DNA from: Methanobacteriota archaeon
Lineage (GTDB): Archaea; Hadarchaeota; Hadarchaeia; Hadarchaeales; Hadarchaeaceae
DNA length: 36,988 bases
NCBI GenBank assembly: GCA_043821745.1
Contig: JBDRCL010000137.1
Coordinates: 1 to 36,988, forward strand
Direction of reading: 5' to 3'
The notes under the pieces are model-generated. The model was not told the origin of the DNA, made no database searches, and was given only the letters and a program-made list of their open reading frames with translations. Below, one piece after another: positions 17,130 through 25,523 of the stretch. Position 1 is the stretch's first letter, and each line of letters begins with the position of its first letter. The position numbers and the translations under genes were made by a program.

Positions 17130-17945
17130 CCTCTCAAACATTTTCTTCATCACGAGCGAGTCCTGCTCGAGCACCGGCGACTCAGAGATGATTGTTATGT
17201 CCAAGTTCCGTTTGATGATTTCCTCCACCAAGGGCTCGACCGGCGGCTCGTTGAAGGAGATCGGGAGATGGCGTCGCTCGTTCCCAGTGCCTGATACTTT
17301 CGCGGGTGTCCACTCCATGCTCGTGAAGTGGGAGTGCAAATGTTTCGAGTTAAGTGGCTTTAGTTTTTCGAATATCTCGGCGTAGTCAATCTTTCCAGCC
17401 GCTCTCGCCCACAAGTGGGCGAAGTCTACGACGGGTTCGCAGCCGCGGACTTCCTTGCTAAGCCTCACGAGTTCATCCAGCGTCCCGAAGGCGCTGACCT
17501 TTCCCGTCGTCTCGTGGCCGAGGATAACCCCCTTTATTCCCATCGACTTCATCCGGTCAAGCATGTCCAAGTCTGCCTCCTTCACCATATTGTAAGCCGC
17601 TTCCGGGGTCAGCGAGCCGTAGAAACCAGGATGAAAGACCGCAACGTGTGCGCCCATGTGGTGGGAGCGCTCGACCGAGTCGAGGATGCGCTTCTTCGAC
17701 GCCTCTAGCTTGGTCTTGTCGGTGGAGCACAGGTTGATGAAGTACGGGCAGTGGACGGAAAGTTCGATTTTGAGCTCCCTGGCGAGCTTGCCCACCTCGA
17801 CCGCCTTCTCGTTTTTCATCGCAACTCCGCGCACGAACTCAATTTCCATCGAATTTAGCCCTAGCTCAGCCACTCGCATGAGACCGCTCAGAGTGCTGCT
17901 GTCCTTACTGGTTATTGGCACGCCCGCAGGGCCCAGGTAAATCAT
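17112..17945 (-). CDS. xylose-isomerase-like TIM-barrel protein (AP endonuclease 2 / sugar-phosphate isomerase family)
   Basis: I start it at MIYLGPAGVP (ATG at 17943-17945). Family-like metal-ligand segments are present: SVHCPYFINL, HVAVFHPG, ILGHETTG and VDFAHLWA. The 90 aa further upstream in track ORF 17112..18215 overlap the opposite-strand gene and look non-protein-like. Confidence 0.75.
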   Translation of the reverse strand: MIYLGPAGVPITSKDSSTLSGLMRVAELGLNSMEIEFVRGVAMKNEKAVEVGKLARELKIELSVHCPYFINLCSTDKTKLEASKKRILDSVERSHHMGAHVAVFHPGFYGSLTPEAAYNMVKEADLDMLDRMKSMGIKGVILGHETTGKVSAFGTLDELVRLSKEVRGCEPVVDFAHLWARAAGKIDYAEIFEKLKPLNSKHLHSHFTSMEWTPAKVSGTGNERRHLPISFNEPPVEPLVEEIIKRNLDITIISESPVLEQDSLVMKKMFERLGYRF

Positions 17946-18000
17946 GCTCTCCAAAACCCTTATTGCGACAGACAAAAAATCTTCCGCTGGAGGAGTTGAC

Positions 18001-18597
18001 ATGTTGAGCAGGATTCGCGACAGGGCGAAGGACTGGATAAGACCTTTTGCGGAGATGTTTGCGAGAACAGGAATAACTCCAAACGCTCTCACGATGGTAG
18101 GGCTGGTTTTCGGAGTTATCGCCGCTTTCCTCTTTGCGTTTGGTGAGCAGCTTCTTGCCGGTGTCGTTCTCTTGGCAGCTGGATTTTTTGATGTGATTGA
18201 CGGTGCCGTGGCCAAGTTGCTACACAGAGAAACAGCATTCGGCGGAGTGCTCGACTCGGTCGTCGACCGCTACGTGGACTTCCTGCTTTACGCCGGGATA
18301 ATTTATGCTTTCATCGTCGGCGCAATAGCGGAGCCCGGCCTGTTTCTGGGTTGGGGATGGTTGTGGGGGCTTTTAGCGATATCTGGTAGCTTCATGGTCA
18401 GTTACATAAGGGCCCGCGCCGAATCGGCAGGATCAGGAAAACTGGACGTCGGGATTGCAGAGAGGGCCGAGCGGCTGATTATATTGGCATTGGGGGCGCT
18501 GCTCGGCTACACGGCGTACGCAGTAGTGATAATCGTCGTCATTACGCACATAACTGTGATACAGAGGATGGTCGTGGCCAAGCGAAGACTGTATTAA
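18001..18597 (+). CDS. CDP-alcohol phosphatidyltransferase family protein (candidate archaetidylinositol-phosphate synthase)
   Basis: The signature D-G-x2-A-x8-G-x3-D-x3-D is present as DGAVAKLLHRETAFGGVLDSVVDRYVD. It is a multi-pass membrane protein. The ATG at 18001 (MLSRIRDRAKDW) is preferred; ATG at 17944 is the alternative. Confidence 0.85.
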   Translation: MLSRIRDRAKDWIRPFAEMFARTGITPNALTMVGLVFGVIAAFLFAFGEQLLAGVVLLAAGFFDVIDGAVAKLLHRETAFGGVLDSVVDRYVDFLLYAGIIYAFIVGAIAEPGLFLGWGWLWGLLAISGSFMVSYIRARAESAGSGKLDVGIAERAERLIILALGALLGYTAYAVVIIVVITHITVIQRMVVAKRRLY

Positions 18598-18911
18598 GCG
18601 GAAAGTTTTGCGCACGTTTCATTGAAGTACTTTATGGCCTCGCCCAGGAGGTCCTCGCCCTTTTTGGTTATCTTGTAGTACTTCCTGGCCGGCTTGCCCC
18701 GTTGTTCTTTCCATGACATAGTGACGTACCCACCCCTCTTGAGGCTGTAGAGGACCATATAAGCTGTCACCGTTGGCGGCTTCCATCCAAACTGCTTTTG
18801 CGTCTCCTGGCGGAGTTCGTAACCGTACATCGGTCGGTTCTTAAGCAGCTTCAGGAAGTAGGGCCAGATCATTTCGGCTGTTGTCTTCTTTTTTATCCTT
18901 GCCATGGCCAT
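18594..18911 (-). CDS. PadR-family transcriptional regulator
   Basis: The 105-aa product has a winged-helix pattern: MYGYELRQE....W.P..VTAYMVLYSLKRGGYV......GKPARKYYKITKKGEDLL. Confidence 0.85.
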   Translation of the reverse strand: MAMARIKKKTTAEMIWPYFLKLLKNRPMYGYELRQETQKQFGWKPPTVTAYMVLYSLKRGGYVTMSWKEQRGKPARKYYKITKKGEDLLGEAIKYFNETCAKLSA

Positions 18912-19005
18912 AGAAAATCCTATTTTACCTTGTCCACAAGCCTTAAATAGTTAATTTTTAGATATATTTCATAATAGGATAGTTTCAGAATCGGAGATAT
19001 GACAG

Positions 19006-20073
19006 ATGTTGAAAGTAGCAATAGTTGGGGTTGGCAACTGTGCGTCTTCTCTCGTGCAGGGTGTTGAGTACTACAAGGACGCCAAGGGGGGTCAGTTCGT
19101 GCCCGGACTCATGCACGTCAACTTCGGGGGCTACCACATTAGGGACATAAAGTTCGTGGCCGCGTTCGATGTGGACGCGAACAAGGTCGGCAGGAACATC
19201 TCGGATGCCGTCTTCGCTCCGCCAAACTGCACGGCGAAGTTTTGCAAGGTCCCTGAGATAGGCGTGGAGGTTATGAAGGGACCGGTATCGGACGGCCTCG
19301 GCAAGTATCTCAAGCCGGTCATCCCAGTGGATTCAACGCAAAAGCCGGTCGACGTCGCGGATGTGCTGAAGGAGACAGGTGCAGACATCGTGGTCAGCTA
19401 TCTGCCGGTTGGAAGTTACGAGGCCTCGCGGTTCTATGCTCAGCAGGCGATTGAGGCCGGATGCGGCTACATCAATTGCATCCCTGAGTTCATAGTCTCG
19501 GGCAAGGAGTGGGGCGAGCGATTCAAGAAAGCCGGACTGCCATGCGCAGGCGACGACATAAAGTCGCAGGTCGGGGCGACGATTCTACACAGGATGCTGG
19601 CCAGACTTCTGATAGACCGCGGCGTCAAAATGGAGGAGAGCTACCAGCTGAACATCGGTGGTAACACGGACTTTTTGAACATGCGCGAGGAAGAGCGCTT
19701 GAGCTCCAAGCGGGTGAGCAAGACAGAAGCGGTCCAGAGTCAGGTTCCATACGAGGTCCCGCTCAGGATTGGCCCGAGCGATTACGTTCCATTTCTAAAA
19801 GACAACAAGGTTTGCTACATCTACATGCGCGGCCGCAAATTCGGCGACATCCCGCTGACCATTGACGTGAAGCTCTCAGTGGAGGACTCGCCTAATTCAG
19901 CAGGCGTAGTCATAGACGCCCTGAGGGCGGTGAAGCTGGCCCTCGACCGCGGCATCTCAGGACCCTTAGTCGGGGCTTCAGCTTACTTCTTCAAGCACCC
20001 ACCGACCCAGCTACACGATGACGATGCTAAACAAGCTGTAGAGGACTTTATAGCGGGAAAGAGGGACAACTAG
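19006..20073 (+). CDS. ino1: myo-inositol-1-phosphate (inositol-3-phosphate) synthase
   Basis: It has an N-terminal Rossmann segment, KVAIVGVGNCASSLVQGVEYYK. It also shows NCIP, GDDIKSQVGAT and LNIGGNTDFLNM, which are characteristic of the short prokaryotic MIPS family. Confidence 0.9.
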   Translation: MLKVAIVGVGNCASSLVQGVEYYKDAKGGQFVPGLMHVNFGGYHIRDIKFVAAFDVDANKVGRNISDAVFAPPNCTAKFCKVPEIGVEVMKGPVSDGLGKYLKPVIPVDSTQKPVDVADVLKETGADIVVSYLPVGSYEASRFYAQQAIEAGCGYINCIPEFIVSGKEWGERFKKAGLPCAGDDIKSQVGATILHRMLARLLIDRGVKMEESYQLNIGGNTDFLNMREEERLSSKRVSKTEAVQSQVPYEVPLRIGPSDYVPFLKDNKVCYIYMRGRKFGDIPLTIDVKLSVEDSPNSAGVVIDALRAVKLALDRGISGPLVGASAYFFKHPPTQLHDDDAKQAVEDFIAGKRDN

Positions 20074-20958
20074 ATGCCGTTCGATATCATCGTAATCGGG
20101 CACGTGGCTATCGACGTCAACGTGCTTCCATGGGGCATCATAGAGAACGCCTTGGGCGGGGCGCCTACTTATTCCGGCCTGCAGTTTGCGGCACTGAAGC
20201 AGAGAGTCGGGATAGTCTCGAAGGTGGGCGTTGACTTCCCTGAAAAGTTCCCGCCGATTTATGGTAAACTTGGCTTGGACACAGAGGGTATTTTTGTTGC
20301 CGGCGAATACACGACAACCTTCGAGAACACCTACGACGAGGAAGGGAACAGGACTCAGGTTTGCAAGCACATCGCGCCGAAGATCTCTCCTGATGACATC
20401 CCGAACGACTATTTCGACGCCAAGGCTTTCTACGTCTCACCGATCGCGAACGAAATCACTCCGGAAGTTTTGAAGTCAATCAAGAGAAAATCCAACCTCG
20501 TCATGTTCGATCCTCAGGGCGTACTGCGCGTGGTTGGCGCCGATGGCCGGGTCGAAGTCAAGGCTAGGGATTTATCTGAGTTCCTCGGACACGTTGATAT
20601 GGTGAAGCTTGGTAGGGAGGAGGCTCGCGTCCTTGGGGGGGACGTGGAAAAAGGACTTAGAAGCATTAGGGACATGGGTCCCGAGGTCGTGATTTTTACG
20701 AAAGGCGGCGAGCAGACCATCGTGCTAAGCGACGAGGGGCAGATAAAGATCAACCCCCTCAAGGTCGAGGCGAGGGACATGACTGGCGCAGGAGATGTCT
20801 TCGGGGCGTCTTTCCTCACGAGGTACCTGGCGACAAGGGACGTTTTGAGTTCTGTCAGGTTTGCAGTGGCAGCGGCCGGCCTGAAGATAAGGTACAAAGG
20901 CCCAACCGGATTTCCGTCAGAGCAGGAAGTCTTGGAAGCCGTCCAGGGTTTGGTTTAG
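20074..20958 (+). CDS. PfkB/ribokinase-family carbohydrate kinase
   Basis: The 294-aa product has GGAPTYSG near the N-terminus and the C-terminal PfkB motif TGAGDVFGASF. Its ATG directly abuts the ino1 stop (TAGATG). Confidence 0.85.
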   Translation: MPFDIIVIGHVAIDVNVLPWGIIENALGGAPTYSGLQFAALKQRVGIVSKVGVDFPEKFPPIYGKLGLDTEGIFVAGEYTTTFENTYDEEGNRTQVCKHIAPKISPDDIPNDYFDAKAFYVSPIANEITPEVLKSIKRKSNLVMFDPQGVLRVVGADGRVEVKARDLSEFLGHVDMVKLGREEARVLGGDVEKGLRSIRDMGPEVVIFTKGGEQTIVLSDEGQIKINPLKVEARDMTGAGDVFGASFLTRYLATRDVLSSVRFAVAAAGLKIRYKGPTGFPSEQEVLEAVQGLV

Positions 20959-21003
20959 TCGACAAATTGTAGAAATATATATGTTCATTTACAAAAAGAG
21001 ATT

Positions 21004-22437
21004 TCAGTAAGTTTTTGCCACGAGTGCGTTAATCTTTGCCGGTTTCGAACAGACTGGGCAAGTCGTAGATGTTGGTGGAGTGCTGGTGACTTCTTCCCCG
21101 AGCATCTCGCCGCCGGTCTCCTCCACGATCCCCTTGCCGCATGATTCTTGGCCGCACCAGGGCAGTCGCACGATTCCACCATGTTTTTTCAACGTTTCTT
21201 TCGCTTCGCCCGTGTTTGCCACGTCCCTAACGGAGTCTCGTAAAGTCTTCGAGGCTCGCTCTCGCAGGTTACCTGTGATCTGGTCAAGTACTGATTTCAC
21301 CTTCGTCTTGATGGATTTTCTCGGAATGGCCAGCTTCTCGCCGGTGTCGCGGCGGACAGCGGTCACCTGTTCCTTCTCCACGTCTTTCGGCCCTATTTCG
21401 ATCCTGAGCGGCACTCCTCTACGCTCCCAGTAGTAGAACTTGTTGCCTGGGCGGATGTCTCGGTCGTCGACGTGGGTTCTCAGGCCAGCGGCAGCGAGCT
21501 CTTCCTTCAGATCCGAGGCCATCTTCTCAACCGGTGCTTCTTTCTCCTTGTACGGGATTGGGACGATGACGGCCTGAATCGGCGCGACATCCGGCGGCAG
21601 GCAGAGTCCGCTGTCATCTCCATGTATCATAATCGCTGCGGCTACCGAGCGCTCGGATATGCCGTAGCATGTTTGGTAGACGTGGTGGTGCTTGCCATCG
21701 GCGTCTTCATACTTTAGCCCGTATACCTTAGCGAAGTTTTGGCCGAGGTTGTGGACGGTTCCTATCTGCAGGGCCTTCCCATCCGGCGTGAGGGCGTCGA
21801 ACGCTATCGAGTAGTGGGCGCCGGCGAAGGTGTCCCATGGCGGGCGCTTGCTGACGACGCATGGGACGCCCAGCTCGTCGTAGAATTTTTTGTATATGCC
21901 GACAGCCTCATTCACCTGTGTTTCGGCCTCCTCCTGTGTGGCGTGGGCGGTGTGGGCCTCTTTGAACGCGGTGACCTCCCGCAGCCTGATCATGGGCTTG
22001 GTCATCTTGGTCTCGTAGCGGAAGATGTTGACGACCTGATAAACTTTGATAGGGAGGTCGGCGTGGGTACGAATCCAGAGTGCGAACATCGGGTACATCG
22101 ACGTCTCCGACGTCGGGCGCAGCGCGAGTTTCACGTCCAGCTTTTCATGGCCGCCGTGCGTGACCCAGTAGACCTGTCCACCGAAGCCCTTGATGTGATC
22201 GGCCTCTTTCTGGAACAGTGTTTCGGGTATTAGTAGGGGGAACTGTACCTCCTGGTGGCCGGTGGCTTCGTGCAGTCCCCTGAGTATCGAGAAGACGCGG
22301 TTGCGGAGCTTCATCCCGTAAGGCAGCCAGACGTACAGGCCCTTCACGGGGTAGCGTGTGTCCATGACGTCGGCGTCCTGAAGTATGTCGCCGAACCATC
22401 CGCTGAAATCATGCTGCCAGCGCTCCCTTTTCACCAC
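21004..22437 (-). CDS. proS: prolyl-tRNA synthetase (archaeal/eukaryotic type)
   Basis: It shows FSGWFGDILQDADVMDTRYPVKG, class II motifs, and a C-terminal Zn-binding domain ending ..CPVCSKPAKINALVAKTY. The start is set at GTG 22435-22437. The 28 extra residues of the track ORF (to 22521) are unlike ProRS and contain a TATA-like AATAATTACTTAAAT. Confidence 0.93.
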   Translation of the reverse strand: MVKRERWQHDFSGWFGDILQDADVMDTRYPVKGLYVWLPYGMKLRNRVFSILRGLHEATGHQEVQFPLLIPETLFQKEADHIKGFGGQVYWVTHGGHEKLDVKLALRPTSETSMYPMFALWIRTHADLPIKVYQVVNIFRYETKMTKPMIRLREVTAFKEAHTAHATQEEAETQVNEAVGIYKKFYDELGVPCVVSKRPPWDTFAGAHYSIAFDALTPDGKALQIGTVHNLGQNFAKVYGLKYEDADGKHHHVYQTCYGISERSVAAAIMIHGDDSGLCLPPDVAPIQAVIVPIPYKEKEAPVEKMASDLKEELAAAGLRTHVDDRDIRPGNKFYYWERRGVPLRIEIGPKDVEKEQVTAVRRDTGEKLAIPRKSIKTKVKSVLDQITGNLRERASKTLRDSVRDVANTGEAKETLKKHGGIVRLPWCGQESCGKGIVEETGGEMLGEEVTSTPPTSTTCPVCSKPAKINALVAKTY

Positions 22438-22601
22438 TCCATCACCTTGCGATAATCGCCCTCGAAGATTTAAGTAATTATTGAAGCGATGGCCCCATTT
22501 TAGAAATTGTAGCTTAATCAATTTGGCATTGTAGGTGTGATGAAAAGACGGTACAATGTCATGACTTAGGAAAACGGTGGAGGATATCAGAATTAATAGA
22601 T

Positions 22602-23441
22602 GTGCGCCTGATTAGCAGTTGGTGGAGAATTTTGGGCAAAGTGATCGTAAGGGAAGTGAGCAAGAGCTTTGGCGAGAAGGGCAAGCAGACGCCGGCGCTG
22701 GACGGGGTGAACCTTGAGTTCACGGATTCGGAGTTCTTGGGCATCTTGGGTCCTAACGCCTGTGGCAAGTCGACCCTGCTCAGGATAATAGCTGGCGTGG
22801 AGGAGCCGACTAGCGGTTCCGTGGAGTTCATAGGCTTCAGCACGCCACGTCCGGTCACGCCCCTGATATTTCAGAGCAACACCTTGTTACCCTGGAGAGT
22901 TTTGGAAAGAAACGTCGGTTTGGTGCCGGAGCTTAGAAATAAACCGATGTCGCTTCGGGAGCGAGTCACAAAATATTTCATCGGTAGAACCCGTTTGAAG
23001 GGTTTAGAGCCAAAGTACCCTTCAGAGCTGTCCGGCGGGTATAAGAGGCTGACTGAGATCGCTAGAGCGCTGGCAGCTGAAGAGAAGATGCTGCTGATGG
23101 ATGAACCCTTCCGCTCGCTTGATGCGCTGACACGGAGCCTGATGCAAGAAGAGGTGCTGAGAGTAAAGGATGAGACGAAGAAGGGCATCGTGTTCGTAAC
23201 TCATGACATAAAGGAAGCGGTACTTCTCTGCGACAGGGTTGCGGTTATGACGGCAAGGCCGGGCAGGATAAAAGGCATAGTGAAGGTGTACGTGCCCAAA
23301 CCCAGGAGCTTGGGCTCCATGACTCATCCGAATTTTTCTCGCGCGGCAAAGAAGATCTGGGGAATGCTGCGGGAAGAGGCCGAGAAATCGTTTGCTGAAG
23401 TAAGCGAAGATGAGAGGGGAAAGAATTTAAAAAATTATTAA
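22602..23441 (+). CDS. ABC transporter ATP-binding protein (NitT/TauT-like), with no cognate permease in the window
   Basis: It has Walker A GPNACGKST, Q-loop IFQS, signature LSGGYKRL (Q replaced by Y), Walker B LLMDEP and H-loop VTHD. The start is uncertain (GTG at 22602). Confidence 0.85.
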   Translation: MRLISSWWRILGKVIVREVSKSFGEKGKQTPALDGVNLEFTDSEFLGILGPNACGKSTLLRIIAGVEEPTSGSVEFIGFSTPRPVTPLIFQSNTLLPWRVLERNVGLVPELRNKPMSLRERVTKYFIGRTRLKGLEPKYPSELSGGYKRLTEIARALAAEEKMLLMDEPFRSLDALTRSLMQEEVLRVKDETKKGIVFVTHDIKEAVLLCDRVAVMTARPGRIKGIVKVYVPKPRSLGSMTHPNFSRAAKKIWGMLREEAEKSFAEVSEDERGKNLKNY

Positions 23442-23520
23442 TCAAGCACGCCATCCTCTCAGAAAATGAGTCGATGGGTTCTTTCCTATATCGAGGAGAA
23501 TAATATCAGGGGCATGGTCC

Positions 23521-23916
23521 TTGAGGGTCCTTTTTGTATGTGTGGGTAATTCTGGCCGCATCCAGATGGCGGAGGCCTTTTTCAACCAGATATCCAAGAC
23601 CGCGAAAGCAAGCAGTGCCGGGACAAAACCAGCAACGAGCGTGAATCCGCTCGTGATTCAGGTGATGAGAGAAGTTGGAATTGACATAATCAAGGCCAAG
23701 CCCAAAATGTTGACCCTTGAGATGCTCGACGCAGCAGACAGGATAATCACCATGGGCTGCGAGGCCGGCGATGTCTGTCCCAGCGCAATCGTTGAAACAG
23801 AAGACTGGAAGATGGAGGATCCCAGAGACAAACCTGTTGAAAAAATTAGGGAAATCAGAAACATAATCAGGGAAAAGGTAATGAAATTGGTGAGCGACAT
23901 GGAGAGCAATGAGTGA
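23521..23916 (+). CDS. low-molecular-weight phosphatase / thioredoxin-type arsenate reductase family protein
   Basis: The N-terminal P-loop is (M)RVLFVCVGNSGRIQMAEAFF (CX5R). A downstream Cys pair is present (MGCEAGDVCPS), as is the acid motif MEDP. The start codon is TTG. Confidence 0.8.
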   Translation: MRVLFVCVGNSGRIQMAEAFFNQISKTAKASSAGTKPATSVNPLVIQVMREVGIDIIKAKPKMLTLEMLDAADRIITMGCEAGDVCPSAIVETEDWKMEDPRDKPVEKIREIRNIIREKVMKLVSDMESNE

Positions 23917-24043
23917 GATTCACGAATAAATGAATTTCGCTCCATCAAGACCTTTTTCCACTCCAATTTTAGCCAAAGGATAGCTCCGTTTAATGCCTAT
24001 TTGCGTTGGCGCCTCTGAATTCACGATCTGCAGTATTTGGGGC

Positions 24044-24056
24044 AAAATATATTTTA
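24044..24056 (+). promoter_or_regulatory. TATA-like box upstream of the 24089 membrane-protein gene
   Basis: AAAATATATTTTA lies about 35-45 nt upstream of the ATG at 24089, in an otherwise GC-normal spacer. Confidence 0.3.
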
Positions 24057-24088
24057 TGTAGCTTCAGAAGAATAACGCAGGTAAAGGT

Positions 24089-24643
24089 ATGGTAACTAAT
24101 CTTTTCGAGGCCGCCGCGATCTTGTCTTGCGCGGTTGCTATGGCACACAGCTACAAGAGCGTGAGACTAAAACGGACGCTCGTACTTTTCGGCCTGCCCT
24201 TCCTCGCAGGTTGGGTGATGGAGGCTATTTACATGTGGTCGTTGCGCGGGTTCTTCTACCCAGCCGGGAGCTACGCTCTCTGGCTTCCGGGCGGATTTCC
24301 CCTCGCGATCGCTTGCGGGTGGGCTCTGGCCGTGTACGTGGGTTTCTCGGTCATGCGGAGATTTCGATCCTTCAAGCTCGGTGTGCTAGCCGGGGCAGGA
24401 ATCGATGCGGTGCTAGAGCCCCTCGCCCTCTACTTCAACCTCTGGATCTGGACGACCTCGAACCCGCTGCAACAGATAACCTACTTCGAGGCACCCTTGA
24501 TAAACGCCTTGGTTTGGCCGCTGTTTGTCTCGGTCATGCTTTTCGCATTCAGGAGGCCGGGAAGGTTCAAGCCATTGGGAAACGAGTGGATGCTCCGACC
24601 GGCCGCCGCCGACCAAGCGGCGAAAGTCGCGTGGCCATCTTGA
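24089..24643 (+). CDS. multi-pass membrane protein (possibly the DUF422 / carotenoid-biosynthesis-protein-like family)
   Basis: The 184-aa product has 5-6 hydrophobic helices. The segment GIDAVLEPLALYFNLWIWT resembles that family from memory. The overlapping frame 24127..24741 is Arg-rich and is rejected. Confidence 0.45.
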   Translation: MVTNLFEAAAILSCAVAMAHSYKSVRLKRTLVLFGLPFLAGWVMEAIYMWSLRGFFYPAGSYALWLPGGFPLAIACGWALAVYVGFSVMRRFRSFKLGVLAGAGIDAVLEPLALYFNLWIWTTSNPLQQITYFEAPLINALVWPLFVSVMLFAFRRPGRFKPLGNEWMLRPAAADQAAKVAWPS

Positions 24644-24743
24644 ACCGTTCCTCTGCCCATTTCCTTCCTAAAAGTTTGGCGAGCTGCTGGAGAATGATTT
24701 ATTTTATGTCGGAATTAACATTTGATAGTGGAGGAGGTTAAAG

Positions 24744-25217
24744 ATGACTTACAAGCCAAAGTCCTTCAGAGAAAAACTTGCTGACAACAAAAATTTTCCA
24801 AAAGTCGTAAAGATAGACGAGAAAATGAGCAAGAGATGGGGGACTGGGACGGTTGTCATTCCTGCACCTAAAGAAGTAGATGCGATAATGAAGCGAGTTC
24901 CCAAAGGAAAGTTAATCACGATAAACCAGATCCGTGAGAAAGTGGCGAGGAAGCACGGCGCCACCATCGGGTGTCCTATTTGCTGCGGTATATTCGCCAG
25001 AATAGCCGCCGGTGCTGCGGATGAAAAGGCCAAAGAGAGCAAAAAAAGCACCACGCCGTATTGGAGGACTTTGAAAGAAAGAGGTGAGATCAACCCGAAA
25101 TATCCTGGTGGGATAAGTGGGCAGAAAAAATTGTTGGAAAACGAAGGACATGGCGTGATCCAAAAGGGAAAAAGGTACTACGTCATGGATTTTAAAAAAT
25201 ATTTGGTGAAGACATAG
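24744..25217 (+). CDS. MGMT-family (alkyltransferase-like) DNA-binding-domain protein lacking the catalytic Cys
   Basis: The pattern GKLITINQIREKVA...GA......G.FARI...A......TTPYWRTLKERGEINPKYPGG...QKKLLENEGH parallels the MGMT C-terminal domain. PYWR stands in place of PCHR. Confidence 0.45.
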   Translation: MTYKPKSFREKLADNKNFPKVVKIDEKMSKRWGTGTVVIPAPKEVDAIMKRVPKGKLITINQIREKVARKHGATIGCPICCGIFARIAAGAADEKAKESKKSTTPYWRTLKERGEINPKYPGGISGQKKLLENEGHGVIQKGKRYYVMDFKKYLVKT

Positions 25218-25523
25218 CATCCACAGATATCGTTACAATCTTCACAAAAAATTTAGCCCACGACACAACTCAATATAGCCAAGTAAAAATTGGTTAAGTC
25301 CAATTAATTTCTTATTCTTGTCGATAACTGGGATTCTTCTTGACTGTTTTCATCAGCCTCACGACACCCATAATCGTCGCGTAATGATTTCCATCTCAAA
25401 CTTGTTTAAACTTGGCTAAAAAAGAAGTTTTAGATATGAATTAGAATAAGATATATGTTATGAGACTCTAACCCATACGGTATTCGATCATGTTGTGAAG
25501 GGTGGAAATTGAGGTCATGGACA

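Noticed and set aside
17946-18215. The N-terminal 90 aa of track ORF 17112..18215 (MATAPSITSKNPAAKRTTPARS...).
   Set aside because: It lies antisense to the well-supported CDP-alcohol phosphatidyltransferase gene. Its composition is low-complexity and Ala/Pro/Thr/Lys-rich. The TIM-barrel family N-terminus (MIYLGPAGVP) begins at the internal ATG at 17945.
22438-22521. The 28-aa N-terminal extension of the ProRS ORF (MIKLQFLKWGHRFNNYLNLRGRLSQGDG).
   Set aside because: It does not resemble ProRS N-termini, and the region contains a TATA-like element. A GTG at 22437 precedes the conserved ...FSGWF..RYPVKG start region. It is kept only as an alternative start.
22536-22600. A possible C/D-box sRNA, from a GTGATGA C-box-like heptamer in the proS/ABC spacer.
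   Set aside because: No CTGA D box or C'/D' pair lies at an appropriate distance downstream, and there are no terminal complementary ends. This is most likely a chance match.
23918-24027. A direct repeat ATTCACGA (about 23918 and about 24019) downstream of the phosphatase gene.
   Set aside because: It is only 8 nt, occurs as a single pair and has no associated structure. That is within chance expectation for a 170-bp spacer.
24127-24741. A 204-aa ORF in an alternative frame that overlaps the 24089 membrane-protein gene.
   Set aside because: Its composition is Arg/Gly/Pro-rich, typical of an off-frame reading of a GC-rich hydrophobic gene. The 24089 frame gives coherent TM helices.
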